Positions 17,921 to 27,332 of a stretch of 34,301 nt of DNA are shown piece by piece. Made by a program: the position numbers and the translations under genes. The stretch lies in contig CAYQCW010000015.1 of NCBI GenBank assembly GCA_964416155.1, positions 1 through 34,301 on the forward strand. Reading direction: 5' to 3'. Positions within the stretch are counted from its first letter, which is position 1, and each line of letters begins with the position of its first letter. Source of the DNA: an uncultured Nitrososphaerota archaeon (lineage in GTDB: Archaea; Thermoproteota; EX4484-205; JAAOZP01). The notes beneath the pieces were generated by a model. The model made no database searches. It was given only the letters and a program-made list of their open reading frames with translations, and had not been told where the DNA came from.

Positions 17921-19549
17921 GTGAGCCTGCCGCAGCCGGAGCCGCCGCTAGATTTCCCTTCGCCACCCTACCCGTTACTGGTTACACATGCTTCTCTAGA
18001 AAGCCTTTTCAACGTGTCCTACTGGCTCTGGAGACTCAACCCGTCTTCAATACTCCCAGTGATTCTGAGCAGCGCCGTCGACGTTTTGAAGCAATCGATA
18101 ATCCTCGTCACCCTCATAGCTGGCCTAATGCAGCTTGCAGCAGCAGGGGTTCTCGGGGCGATTGCAGAGTCGATCGGAACTGGAGATGTCTCCAGACTAG
18201 TTTCAACACTGGCCCCAGTGGTGCCGACGATCATAATCGTAACTGCAGTATCCGTATTCGTTTTCTTACTAGCGTCAATCTTAGCTGGCGGTTTTCTGAA
18301 CTCCGCTGAATACGGCTCCTACCTCCTTCTTCTGCACAAAGGCAGTCTTTCAACAGGAGACGTTTTCGAAGAGATGAGGCTCAAGTGGGTTAAGATGGCA
18401 TGGACAGTGCTGATTGTTGAAACAATAAAGATTCTCCCCGTGTTAATAGTTTTGGCCCCAATACTCGTAGATGCTTTACGCCTGCTTTCCGCCAGCCCAG
18501 GTCCTTCGACTGTTGTTAGCAGGTTGTTCCTATGGCTTGGCCTCGCAATACTCGCGTTGGTCTGCACGTTGCTCTTAACGGTGTTAACAGTCTACGCTTA
18601 TCCCGCGGCTGCAGACGGAGCGTATGGTTTTAGCGCCGTGAGGAGAAGCATAGTGGCATGCTCAAAGCTTCCCGCGAACACTGTGGCATACTGCATTCTA
18701 AGAGTCCTATCCGTCGTGCTGATGTCTATTGCCGCGTTTCTAGCAGGCCTGCTCGGCGTCCAGCTCTCGTCAATCGCAACCGTGGTTCTAAGCTTTCTCG
18801 TAACACCGGTTTTCCACATATTTAAGACGATGCTTTTTCTAAAAGGAAAGCCTGAACCCTTTGTCACTCCGCTTCCAGTCGGCCCCCCTGTTTCAAAAGA
18901 TGTTTTCCCGCATGTTTTAAACACTGGTTTAAAAATGGTTAAGAAGGGTTTAAACGAGCTCATCGACTTCTTGGCTGAGCCCAAGAACATGGTTTTCCAT
19001 TTTTCCTCAGCAATAGTCTTCTCCCTGGGGGTTATTCTCGGGAAACATTTATCCTCCTCAGGCATTAGACAGATGGTCTACTCTCTAGGATACGTGCCGG
19101 GGGAGGTGAACATCCTGTTTAAAGCAGCCTATGGCCTGCCGTTCTTAGCCATCGACATATCCTTCCATAACTGGCAGGTTTCGCTCGCAACAGCCCTATC
19201 CGGAATCATATTCGTAGCTCCGGTGCTTGCAACCCTTGTTTTCAACGGGCTCATCTTGGGGGTGGTTGAAGACATTGTTCAAAACCTAGTATTGTTCTTG
19301 GCAGCCATAATTCCACACGGCGTAATAGAGATCCCCGCTTTTCTGATCGCCGGCTCAGCCGGGTTAAGCCTGGGAGTAGAGTTTCTTAAGGCTTTGAAGA
19401 AAAGAAGCGTTAGCTCAGACACTGGATTCCACATGGCTTTAAGAAGAACGGTTTACATTGTCTTCGGCCTAGTTCCTGTCTTCATCGTAGCAGGCGTCAT
19501 AGAGACGTTTGTCACACCGTTTATAATGCAGCTCTACGGCTGGCACTGA
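17921..19549 (+). CDS. Membrane protein with C-terminal SpoIIM (stage II sporulation protein M) domain
   Basis: Many TM helices; C-terminal ISFHN...FNGLILG...IIPHGVIEIPA...AGVIETFVTP is the SpoIIM signature. GTG 17921 preferred because of a TATA-like CTATATAC ~25 nt upstream. Confidence 0.82.
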   Translation: MSLPQPEPPLDFPSPPYPLLVTHASLESLFNVSYWLWRLNPSSILPVILSSAVDVLKQSIILVTLIAGLMQLAAAGVLGAIAESIGTGDVSRLVSTLAPVVPTIIIVTAVSVFVFLLASILAGGFLNSAEYGSYLLLLHKGSLSTGDVFEEMRLKWVKMAWTVLIVETIKILPVLIVLAPILVDALRLLSASPGPSTVVSRLFLWLGLAILALVCTLLLTVLTVYAYPAAADGAYGFSAVRRSIVACSKLPANTVAYCILRVLSVVLMSIAAFLAGLLGVQLSSIATVVLSFLVTPVFHIFKTMLFLKGKPEPFVTPLPVGPPVSKDVFPHVLNTGLKMVKKGLNELIDFLAEPKNMVFHFSSAIVFSLGVILGKHLSSSGIRQMVYSLGYVPGEVNILFKAAYGLPFLAIDISFHNWQVSLATALSGIIFVAPVLATLVFNGLILGVVEDIVQNLVLFLAAIIPHGVIEIPAFLIAGSAGLSLGVEFLKALKKRSVSSDTGFHMALRRTVYIVFGLVPVFIVAGVIETFVTPFIMQLYGWH

Positions 19550-19560
19550 ACGCTGTTCAA

Positions 19561-19580
19561 GTGGGGTTTCAGGCTCCCGC
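19561..19580. terminator. Possible hairpin between convergent genes
   Basis: GTGGGGT-TTCAG-GCTCCCGC imperfect stem between the stop codons at 19549 and 19595. Confidence 0.25.
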
Positions 19581-19594
19581 CCGTTTAGTCTTTC

Positions 19595-20029
19595 TCAAAT
19601 TATCAGTATAAGGACTCCTAAGAAAACAAGTATCCCAGCCACGGCAGTTTTTAGGGACAGTTCCTCGCCGAGTATCAGGTATGAGAGCACTATTATGAAG
19701 AGTATGCTTGTCCTATCTATAGTGGCAACCTTTGAGGCGTCTGCAAGCTTCAGGGCGGCGAAGTAGAAAACCCATGAAAGCGCTCCGCTCACGCCGCTCA
19801 GTATTATGAAAAACATGTCTCTCTGCGTTAACTGTGTTAATTGCGATGTTCTTCCAAGAAGCATTATTATTCCAATCATGGTTGCAGCCATTATTAACGC
19901 TCTGACTCCAGCAGCCACGGTTGAGTCAACAGTCTTCAAGCCTATTTTACCAAATATTGTAACCAATGCTGCGAAGAAGGCGGAGAGGAAGGCTAGGATG
20001 AGCCATATTCCAACACTATCCGTATTCAT
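19595..20029 (-). CDS. EamA/DMT family small transporter
   Basis: W...A.LSAFFAALV.IFGK.G...VDS..A...R, LSG..GALSW.FYF.ALK and LGE motifs of a single-EamA-domain protein. ORF start 20050; ATG 20029 preferred. Confidence 0.88.
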   Translation of the reverse strand: MNTDSVGIWLILAFLSAFFAALVTIFGKIGLKTVDSTVAAGVRALIMAATMIGIIMLLGRTSQLTQLTQRDMFFIILSGVSGALSWVFYFAALKLADASKVATIDRTSILFIIVLSYLILGEELSLKTAVAGILVFLGVLILII

Positions 20030-20124
20030 GGAATCGTCTGCCCTAAGCAATATATTAGTTTAAAATCCTTCTAGCCTCGGCTTTAGATAGTAAGACTTAA
20101 ATTTACTAGCCTGCTTTCCCAGGC

Positions 20125-20796
20125 ATGGCGTCTAGGAGACTACTGGTATTAACACATTCAGCGGGCTTCAAACACGACTATATTCCCATCGCCGTTAAAA
20201 CCTTTAGGGAACTTGGGGATTCAAACGGGTTTAACGTTTTCTCGACGGATGACTGCTCCATCATTAAAGAGAGTTTCCTGAACGTTTTCTCAGCAATGCT
20301 CTTCATCACGACAGGCGAGCTGCCCATGGATGAGGAGCAGAAGAAGGCGTTGATAGATTTCGTGAGAAACGGGAAGGGTTTTATAGGCATCCATAACGCG
20401 ACTGATACTTTCTACCAGTTCCCCGCCTATGGGGAGATGATTGGAGGATACTTTAACGGCCACCCTTGGACCCAGGAGGTTGCTGTGAAAGTCGAGGATA
20501 GGGAACATCCTTCCACAAAGCATCTCCCGGAAAGGTTTAACGTTAAGGAAGAAGTTTATACTTTCAAGGATTGGAGCCGCAGCAAGACGCATGTATTGAT
20601 AAGCCTTGACAATTCTTCGGTGGATCTTAGTAAGGGCACTAGGGAAGATAATGATTACGCTTTAGCTTGGTGCCACGATTATGGTCAGGGCAGGGTTTTC
20701 TACACAGCTTTCGGCCACTTTCAGGAAATATGGGGCGAAGAATGGCTTAGGAAACATCTTTTAGGCGGGATACTGTGGGCTATGAAAATCCTCTAG
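20125..20796 (+). CDS. ThuA domain-containing protein (trehalose-utilisation, class I GATase-like fold)
   Basis: LV.T..AGF.HD.IP, G.GF.GIH.ATD, GG.F.GHP, EE.Y.F, AW..DYG.GRVFYT..GH and GGI.WA motifs. Confidence 0.9.
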   Translation: MASRRLLVLTHSAGFKHDYIPIAVKTFRELGDSNGFNVFSTDDCSIIKESFLNVFSAMLFITTGELPMDEEQKKALIDFVRNGKGFIGIHNATDTFYQFPAYGEMIGGYFNGHPWTQEVAVKVEDREHPSTKHLPERFNVKEEVYTFKDWSRSKTHVLISLDNSSVDLSKGTREDNDYALAWCHDYGQGRVFYTAFGHFQEIWGEEWLRKHLLGGILWAMKIL

Positions 20797-20800
20797 GTTT

Positions 20801-23248
20801 TCACCTTCCCATTACTACTCTAACAGTATGCGTAGCCCCATCGTTGAAAACTGGTAAAACATTCCCCTCAATTGGCCTACCGTCAACAATAATCTGCTTC
20901 ACGCCCCGGCAAACATGCTCCTCGTTCCTAACCTCTATGACGTATTTTGCTCCACGGTAGTAGCGCATAATCCTGAAGCCGGGCCAATCACTGGGAATAC
21001 ACGGGTCCACGATCAACCCGTCATACCCCGGCCTAACACCAAGTATCCACTGTGTTATTGCTACAAGGTTCCAGGCTGCTGTACCCGTCAGCCACGAGTT
21101 CTTAGCCTCGCCGAAGGTCGGTGCATCCGGGCCGGCGATCATCTGAGCGTAAACATAGGGTTCGCAACGGTGAATACTGCTCATCCGCTCTCTTGCTGAT
21201 GGACATATCCTCTTATAATAGTCGAAAGCCCTGTCACCCCGTCCGACCATGGTTTCCGCAATCATTATCCACGGGTTCGTGTGGCAGAATATGCTGGCAT
21301 TCTCCTTGTAGCCAGGCGGGTAGCTTGATATTTCTCCAAGGTTCACATGGTAACGAGTGTAGGCAGGCTGGTGTAAGACTATTCCGTGCGGCGTCGCAAG
21401 ATGCTTACCTACGGAGTCGAGCGCTTTAACAGCCCTACCGTCCTCCAAGCCTATGCCCGCCATCACGCAGATCCCCTGGGGCTCTATGTAGATGCGTCCC
21501 TCCTCACACTCCTTGGACCCTACCTTGGCTCCGAAAGCATCGTACGCGCGCAGGAACCATTCCCCGTCCCAACCGTGCTCCAGAACCCTCCCAGCCATCT
21601 CTCCGGCGAGCCTAAGATACTTGGCAGCGTCATCCAAGCGTTCAACATGCTCAGCGATGCTGGCCATCTCTCTGGCTGCCAGAGTGAAGAGCCCTCCGAT
21701 GAAAACTGACTCAGCCGTCTTCCCGTCAGTCCTGTCTGGAGCAGTCTGGAACGATTCCTCAGGGGTTGTCGACAGACAGTTCAGGTTTAAACAGTCGTTC
21801 CAGTCAGCGTGGCCTATCAGTGGAAGCCCGTGGGGGCCAAGCCTGTTCAAAGTGTACTGTAGAGCCCGGGTTAAATGCTCGTATAGAGGCTGCTCAGTGC
21901 CCGGAGTATTCTCGTAAACCACCTGCTCGTCGAGAACCGTGAAGTCCCCGGTCTCCTTAATGTATGCAGCCACGGACAGGATGAGCCAGAGCGGGTCGTC
22001 GTTGAAACCGCTTCCTATCTCCTTGTTCCCCCTCTTCGTAAGCGGCTGATACTGGTGGTACGCACCGCCGTCGAGCAGCTGGGTTGCAGCAAGGTCAAGT
22101 ATGCGTTCACGCGCACGCTTCGGAACCATGTGGACGAAGCCCAGCAGGTCCTGGTTTGAATCTCGGAAGCCCATTCCCCTTCCAATACCCGACTCGTAGA
22201 GGGAGGCGCTGCGAGAAAGGTTGAAGGTCGCCATACACTGGTAGGGATTCCAAACATTAACCATCAGGTTAACATCCCTGTCGACTGTTTCAACACTGTA
22301 CTTGGACAACAATTCATCCCAATAGTTCCGCAGCTCCCGGAAAGCCTCTTCAAGCTCAGCGGGCTTAAGATATTTTTCAACGATTCTTCTAACGCGATCC
22401 TTATTGATGACTCCTGGCGCTGTGAACTTCTCCTCCTCCGGGTTCTCAGCATACCCCAATAGGAATACTGCTTCACGCGACTCGCCGGGCGCCAGCTTCA
22501 GCCTAATGTGGTGGGAGCCTATTACCGCCCAGCCGTGGGCAACAGAGTTTCTGGATTCCCCCTTCTCAACCACAACAGGGTTTTCAAGGCTACGGTAAGA
22601 ACCCAGGAAGGCTTCGCGAGAAGTGTCGAAGCCGGCTAAAGGCTCTGAGCACGCGAAGAAAGCGAAATGGTTCCGGCGCTCCCTGTAGCCAGTCCTATGG
22701 TAGATAACGTTATTTTCAACCTCAACCTCTCCGATACTGAAGTTACGCTGGAAATTAGTCATGTCGTCCAACGCGTCCCACAGGCAGAACTCTACATATG
22801 AGAAAAGCTGCAGCTCCACCGGTGTGCTGTTAGTGTTACGGATTTTAACACGCCAAACCTCCATCGCCTGCCCTAAAGGGACGAAGAAGGTTATCTGCGT
22901 CTCAACACCACGGTAGGCTGAACTTATGCAGGTGTACCCGAGGCCGTGGCGACACTCGTAGGAGTCTAAGGAACGTTTAATAGGCTGCCATGTCGGAGAC
23001 CAGTATTCGCCAGTTTTAACATCCCTAATGTAGACGTATCTTCCAGGTTGGTCAAGCGGGATGGAGTTGTACCGGTAGCGGGTAATACGCCTGTAGCGAG
23101 CATCCCTGTAGAAACTGTATCCTCCAGCAGTGTTAGAGATCATTGCGAAATAATCCTCCTGCCCCAGGTAGTTTATCCACGGTGTCGGGGTGTCTGGCCG
23201 CGTTATCACGTATTCTCGTGCCTCATCATCAAAATAACCGTAGGACAT
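20801..23248 (-). CDS. GH94 glycoside phosphorylase, most likely cellobiose phosphorylase
   Basis: [49 protein letters not shown], catalytic [17 protein letters not shown] and NSWLTGTA motifs. Confidence 0.93.
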   Translation of the reverse strand: MSYGYFDDEAREYVITRPDTPTPWINYLGQEDYFAMISNTAGGYSFYRDARYRRITRYRYNSIPLDQPGRYVYIRDVKTGEYWSPTWQPIKRSLDSYECRHGLGYTCISSAYRGVETQITFFVPLGQAMEVWRVKIRNTNSTPVELQLFSYVEFCLWDALDDMTNFQRNFSIGEVEVENNVIYHRTGYRERRNHFAFFACSEPLAGFDTSREAFLGSYRSLENPVVVEKGESRNSVAHGWAVIGSHHIRLKLAPGESREAVFLLGYAENPEEEKFTAPGVINKDRVRRIVEKYLKPAELEEAFRELRNYWDELLSKYSVETVDRDVNLMVNVWNPYQCMATFNLSRSASLYESGIGRGMGFRDSNQDLLGFVHMVPKRARERILDLAATQLLDGGAYHQYQPLTKRGNKEIGSGFNDDPLWLILSVAAYIKETGDFTVLDEQVVYENTPGTEQPLYEHLTRALQYTLNRLGPHGLPLIGHADWNDCLNLNCLSTTPEESFQTAPDRTDGKTAESVFIGGLFTLAAREMASIAEHVERLDDAAKYLRLAGEMAGRVLEHGWDGEWFLRAYDAFGAKVGSKECEEGRIYIEPQGICVMAGIGLEDGRAVKALDSVGKHLATPHGIVLHQPAYTRYHVNLGEISSYPPGYKENASIFCHTNPWIMIAETMVGRGDRAFDYYKRICPSARERMSSIHRCEPYVYAQMIAGPDAPTFGEAKNSWLTGTAAWNLVAITQWILGVRPGYDGLIVDPCIPSDWPGFRIMRYYRGAKYVIEVRNEEHVCRGVKQIIVDGRPIEGNVLPVFNDGATHTVRVVMGR

Positions 23249-23288
23249 GTTCTCATTATCGCTAAATGTATTTATTAAGTTTTAACAT

Positions 23289-24011
23289 TTAAACTTGGGT
23301 TTTGCGTTTAAACATTTCCTGTAGAACAGCTATCTCCATAATCCTTTCCGGTGAAATCAAGTTCCAATATATTCCCTCAGGTTTCTTCCTAGATCTGTGA
23401 ATTCTAATGATTTTTGAAGGAGTTGCAACATAGTCCAAGGGTAAATCGTATGGGGCTACTTCAAACTCCTCCTTAACCAGTTGAATATCGTGAATAGTGG
23501 TAACTATAGGTGTATTCTCGTCAACCTTACCGTATTCTCGTGCAACAGCCCATTCTACTTCAGAATATCCTCCGCCCTTGCCTATCCTCTCACCCTGCTC
23601 GTTAACGGCTACGCTGCCTACAACCACTAGGTCTATCTTAGGCAGGTCCATAGGATTAGTCTTCACGCCGTAGATGAATGCTCCCTTAATTGTTGAGGCA
23701 AAACCATAATCCTTCTTGTCAAGCTTTCTAGGGTTTAGGAGGAGGAAACCGTTCCTAAGCCTTGGAGTAGGCATTATAAGAATAATGCCGTTCACTAGTG
23801 CCAGCTTTCTGACATGGGTCTGTGGGGAATCAGGGTTAACCTTAACTACCATTGCTCTCTTCCACTCGTCAAGCTGTGTGAGTAGTGAAGCAGCCTTCTC
23901 GGCGTCAATGAAATTAGGAATTCTTCCAAAAGCACCTGGAAAACGGGCTATGTGAAGCTCCTCCATCCTCCTCCAAATTTCATCACGTAGCTCTCGCTTC
24001 GTCTTAACCAT
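23289..24011 (-). CDS. 5-formyltetrahydrofolate cyclo-ligase family protein (archaeal MTHFSD-like)
   Basis: GRIPNF, VKVNPDSPQ, PTPRL, DLVVVGSVAV...G.RIGKGGGY and TT.HD.Q motifs. ATG 24011 preferred. Confidence 0.9.
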   Translation of the reverse strand: MVKTKRELRDEIWRRMEELHIARFPGAFGRIPNFIDAEKAASLLTQLDEWKRAMVVKVNPDSPQTHVRKLALVNGIILIMPTPRLRNGFLLLNPRKLDKKDYGFASTIKGAFIYGVKTNPMDLPKIDLVVVGSVAVNEQGERIGKGGGYSEVEWAVAREYGKVDENTPIVTTIHDIQLVKEEFEVAPYDLPLDYVATPSKIIRIHRSRKKPEGIYWNLISPERIMEIAVLQEMFKRKTQV

Positions 24012-24100
24012 GTGGGAATAAACATGCTTCTCCAACAAAAATATTTTTAATTCTTCATGGATGATGCTACTGACCCAATTCTGATGGGAAACCGGTTCTT

Positions 24101-24949
24101 TTAATAGGCTTTATTGTTATTTCTCATATGTTCAAGCAGCATTTTTCTCGTCTTATACACTCCAGAGGTTGCATCCTCTTTTCCTTCAAACTCTATTGAA
24201 AGATACCCCCTGTATCCAACTTCCTCAAGGATTCTAAAGATTTTGGAGTAATCTATGTCCAGCTCGTACCACACGCCCCCGCCATAATAGGTTTTCACGT
24301 GAACCAGAATCGTGTAAGGTGCTATTTTCCTCAAACTGTTATACATGTCCTCAATGAAGTTCCCAGTATCCATCAGAACCCTTAGCCATCTCGAGTTAAC
24401 ATCCTCAACTATTTTTACAATCCCTTCTGGTGCAGCCGTCAGTCCCCAGTGGTTTTCTAAAGCCATTACTACTCCCAAGTTCTCTGCAATTGACAGGCAT
24501 TTTTCTATGGATTCAACGACCCACTTGAACGCATCATCATCTGTGTAACCTTGAATCGGCGGTTCCTTCCCTTTGTTTGCCATCAATTCGTCAAAACTTT
24601 CTACTGTTCCCCATCTTCCAGAATTCAGCCTGATGGCGGGGGCACCGAGTTTATACGCGATTTCTAGGCAGCGCTTAGTATGCTCCACTTCCTTCTCCCT
24701 TTGTTCCTCGCTTGGCTTCACGAAATTCTGATGTATTGCAAGACAATAAATATCCAGACCAAGGCTTAAAGCCAGACTCTTTAAACTATTTATGTAGCTA
24801 TCATTTTCACTTTTCATTTGGACATGAAGTATTTCGACCCCATCTAGGTCAAGTTCCCATGATTTTTCCATTACAAGCTCTATTGGAACTTTTTCAGGAA
24901 GGAAATGCCAGAAACTGTATGTGGATGTGCCGATCCTGTATCTGGACAT
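24101..24949 (-). CDS. Sugar phosphate isomerase/epimerase family protein (xylose-isomerase-like TIM barrel)
   Basis: STYSF, DGVE, ALENHWG, DTGNF, VHVK and GYLSIEFEG motifs. Start at MSRYRIG (24949) preferred over 25018. Confidence 0.88.
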   Translation of the reverse strand: MSRYRIGTSTYSFWHFLPEKVPIELVMEKSWELDLDGVEILHVQMKSENDSYINSLKSLALSLGLDIYCLAIHQNFVKPSEEQREKEVEHTKRCLEIAYKLGAPAIRLNSGRWGTVESFDELMANKGKEPPIQGYTDDDAFKWVVESIEKCLSIAENLGVVMALENHWGLTAAPEGIVKIVEDVNSRWLRVLMDTGNFIEDMYNSLRKIAPYTILVHVKTYYGGGVWYELDIDYSKIFRILEEVGYRGYLSIEFEGKEDATSGVYKTRKMLLEHMRNNNKAY

Positions 24950-25058
24950 GGTTAAAATATGTATGGGAGGATAAAAATGTTTCTTTACCCACCTCAATGA
25001 AAGTCTTTTTCGGAACAACTCTTATAAGCTACGGTTATGCTGGTTCTTTCGAAGAAAG

Positions 25059-25883
25059 ATGTTCATAGGGTTCTTAACCAGCGGGCAGCTGGGAGATTTG
25101 ATGAAAACTCTTGAATGGGCTGAGGCTAAGGGCTTCAAATCCATCTCCATAGGCACGGGCCCCGGAAGCAGTTTCTTCAACGTGAAGGAGGTTGTTTCAA
25201 ACCCTAGGGTGTTTAAGGATGTTCTCAACTCCTCGAAGACAATAATCTCTGCAGTAGGCTTCTACGGAAACCCGATAGATCCTGTTGAAGATAAGAGAAA
25301 AGCCGCAAAAGAATTCTTCAAAGAGCTTATTGAAGCCGCCTACAGGATAGAGGTTCCTGTTGTAACCGGCTGGATAGGTCTTCACCCCGGAAGTGTGGAG
25401 GACAATATTAGGGAGATTGAGAGAACCTGGCCTGAAATAATTAATCATGCTGAGGATAGGGGGATCAAGATAGCGATTGAAAACTGTCCAGGAAACGTTG
25501 CGTACAGGCCGGACATCTGGAGGAGAATATTTGGAACAATCTCGTCTAGGAACTTGGGCCTAGAATTTGACCCAAGCCATCTGATCTGCCAGATGATAGA
25601 TGCGGTTAGGGCTGCTGACGAGTTCGGAGACAGAATATACCATACTCACATGAAGGATGCTCAAATACTCTGGGATAAAGTTACTGAAAACGGGATACGG
25701 AGTGAAGGATGGTGTCCACACAGGCTCCCGGGTTTCGGCGAGCTAGACTGGGCCGACTTCATAACAATTCTTAAGAAACACAAGTACGATTATGCTTTAA
25801 GCATAGAGCATGAGGACCCGTTCTACGAGTATAAGGAGGGCCTACTGGTGGCGAAAAAGTTCCTAGAGCAATTCCTACCTTAA
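25059..25883 (+). CDS. Sugar phosphate isomerase/epimerase family protein (IolE/MocC-like TIM barrel)
   Basis: IAIENC, GLEFDPSHL, HTHMKD, RLPG.GELDW and LSIEHED motifs. Confidence 0.9.
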   Translation: MFIGFLTSGQLGDLMKTLEWAEAKGFKSISIGTGPGSSFFNVKEVVSNPRVFKDVLNSSKTIISAVGFYGNPIDPVEDKRKAAKEFFKELIEAAYRIEVPVVTGWIGLHPGSVEDNIREIERTWPEIINHAEDRGIKIAIENCPGNVAYRPDIWRRIFGTISSRNLGLEFDPSHLICQMIDAVRAADEFGDRIYHTHMKDAQILWDKVTENGIRSEGWCPHRLPGFGELDWADFITILKKHKYDYALSIEHEDPFYEYKEGLLVAKKFLEQFLP

Positions 25884-25906
25884 TAGTGTAAGTAAAAAGA
25901 CACGCG

Positions 25907-26374
25907 ATGAAAACCCTGATCATATATGTCTCCATACATCACGGTAATACTGAGAAGATTGCTAAGGCTATTGCAAGCACGTTGGAAGCAGACCTAGCTA
26001 AGCCAACGGATGTCGGTGCCAGCGATGTCTGCAATTATGATTTAATCGGATTCGGCTCCGGCATATACTTTGGAAAGCACCACTCGAGCCTTTTCAGCCT
26101 CGTCGACAGGCTTCCAAGCCAAAACGGTAGGAGAGCATTCATCTTCTCCACAAGCGGATTAAGGAAGATAATGCTTATACATGATTTCGACAAGCCTCTG
26201 CGAAACATGCTTATTGATAAAGGCTTCATCATCGTAGGCGAGTTTAACTGCAGGGGCTGGGACACCTATCCGCTGTGGATTAGGCCGTTCGGCGGAATCA
26301 ACAAGGGTAAACCGGGGGAAAAGGAGCTTGAGGAAGCTAAACGGTTCGCAATAAGCCTGAAAAAAGAACTTTAA
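25907..26374 (+). CDS. Flavodoxin family protein
   Basis: IIY.S.HHGNTEKIA, YDLIGFGSGIY, FIFSTSG, F.C.G.DT and N.GKP motifs. Confidence 0.9.
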   Translation: MKTLIIYVSIHHGNTEKIAKAIASTLEADLAKPTDVGASDVCNYDLIGFGSGIYFGKHHSSLFSLVDRLPSQNGRRAFIFSTSGLRKIMLIHDFDKPLRNMLIDKGFIIVGEFNCRGWDTYPLWIRPFGGINKGKPGEKELEEAKRFAISLKKEL

Positions 26375-26380
26375 AGCCAC

Positions 26381-26794
26381 CTACTGGTACTCCCTGCAGG
26401 TTGGGCAGTACCATCTCTGGTACTGCTGCACGTACATCAACGGGGTGCCGCACTTGGGGCATGTAGGTGCTGTGGTTTGTGTCGGGGTAACGGGAGTAGC
26501 GCTGGGGAGGGTTTTCCTAACCTCTTCAACTATGAGCTCTGTGAAAATCTTGAAGATGGATGCCCATGACCCGAGCATAATTATCAGGATGCCGATTATC
26601 ATTAGAATGGTGCCTGCTCCTAAGGCGGCCCAGTTGACGGTGAAGTACGGGGGGTTATCGCTGATATTGAAAACTTGTCTAAAGAGGCCTGTGAATATGC
26701 CGGAAAACATGATTATCGTTCCAATTAGCCCCCAAACTATTATGAAGGCGAGTAGAACTATTGCTGCTTTAAACGCTCTTCCCCAGGAAACCAT
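26381..26794 (-). CDS. Two-TM membrane protein with C-terminal zinc ribbon
   Basis: Two hydrophobic helices, a Pro/Thr-rich linker and CPKCGTPL.Y.QQYQRWYCPTC. Confidence 0.8.
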   Translation of the reverse strand: MVSWGRAFKAAIVLLAFIIVWGLIGTIIMFSGIFTGLFRQVFNISDNPPYFTVNWAALGAGTILMIIGILIIMLGSWASIFKIFTELIVEEVRKTLPSATPVTPTQTTAPTCPKCGTPLMYVQQYQRWYCPTCREYQ

Positions 26795-26822
26795 TTTTCA
26801 TCTCGGTAATTTTATCATTTTT

Positions 26823-26845
26823 AGATTTTTAAGCTTTAAAAATCT
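26823..26845. promoter_or_regulatory. Perfect 10-bp inverted repeat (operator-like) upstream of the zinc-ribbon membrane gene
   Basis: AGATTTTTAA-GCT-TTAAAAATCT. Confidence 0.45.
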
Positions 26846-26992
26846 TAAACGGGTGCTTTCAAGGTATTTCCTGACTTTTTTAAGCAGATGTGGTTTAAGA
26901 GCTATGTTTAAAAAGGAGTGCCTACAGGCTTAGGTGGACTGCTTGTTTTCTCTAAGGGAAACGAGCATCCGAAGTTAGAGGAGGTGAAGAAG

Positions 26993-27139
26993 TTGAGTTC
27001 AGGATACGGAGACAGGCCGAGGAAAATGTACAGGATAACTTGCTCGGACTGTGGGAAGGAAGCGGAAGTTCCCTTTAAGCCCACAGAAGGCAGGCCTGTC
27101 TATTGTAAGGAATGCTTCCAGAAACACAGGAAGTATTAG
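26993..27139 (+). CDS. CxxC-x17-CxxC domain small zinc-binding protein
   Basis: PRKMY...CSDCGKEAEVPFKP.EGRPVYCKECF. TTG 26993 follows a GGAGGTGA RBS at 26980-26987. Confidence 0.9.
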   Translation: MSSGYGDRPRKMYRITCSDCGKEAEVPFKPTEGRPVYCKECFQKHRKY

Positions 27140-27332
27140 AATGGCTTAAAGCACTCATAGGAACATGTTTTCAATGTTTTTATGACTTTTTTGTTGACCC
27201 ATATCCGGTAGTGACGCGTATAGTTCAAACAGACTGTCTGAAAATAGACAGTTAAACGATTAGAGACATTTTTAGCGCGCACTAAAACAACTAGGGTATT
27301 GAGAAAAATGCTTGTTTTTATACGCCTGAACG

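Noticed and set aside
17921-19549. SpoIIM domain as evidence of sporulation
   Set aside because: The domain is widespread in non-sporulating archaea and no other sporulation genes are present.
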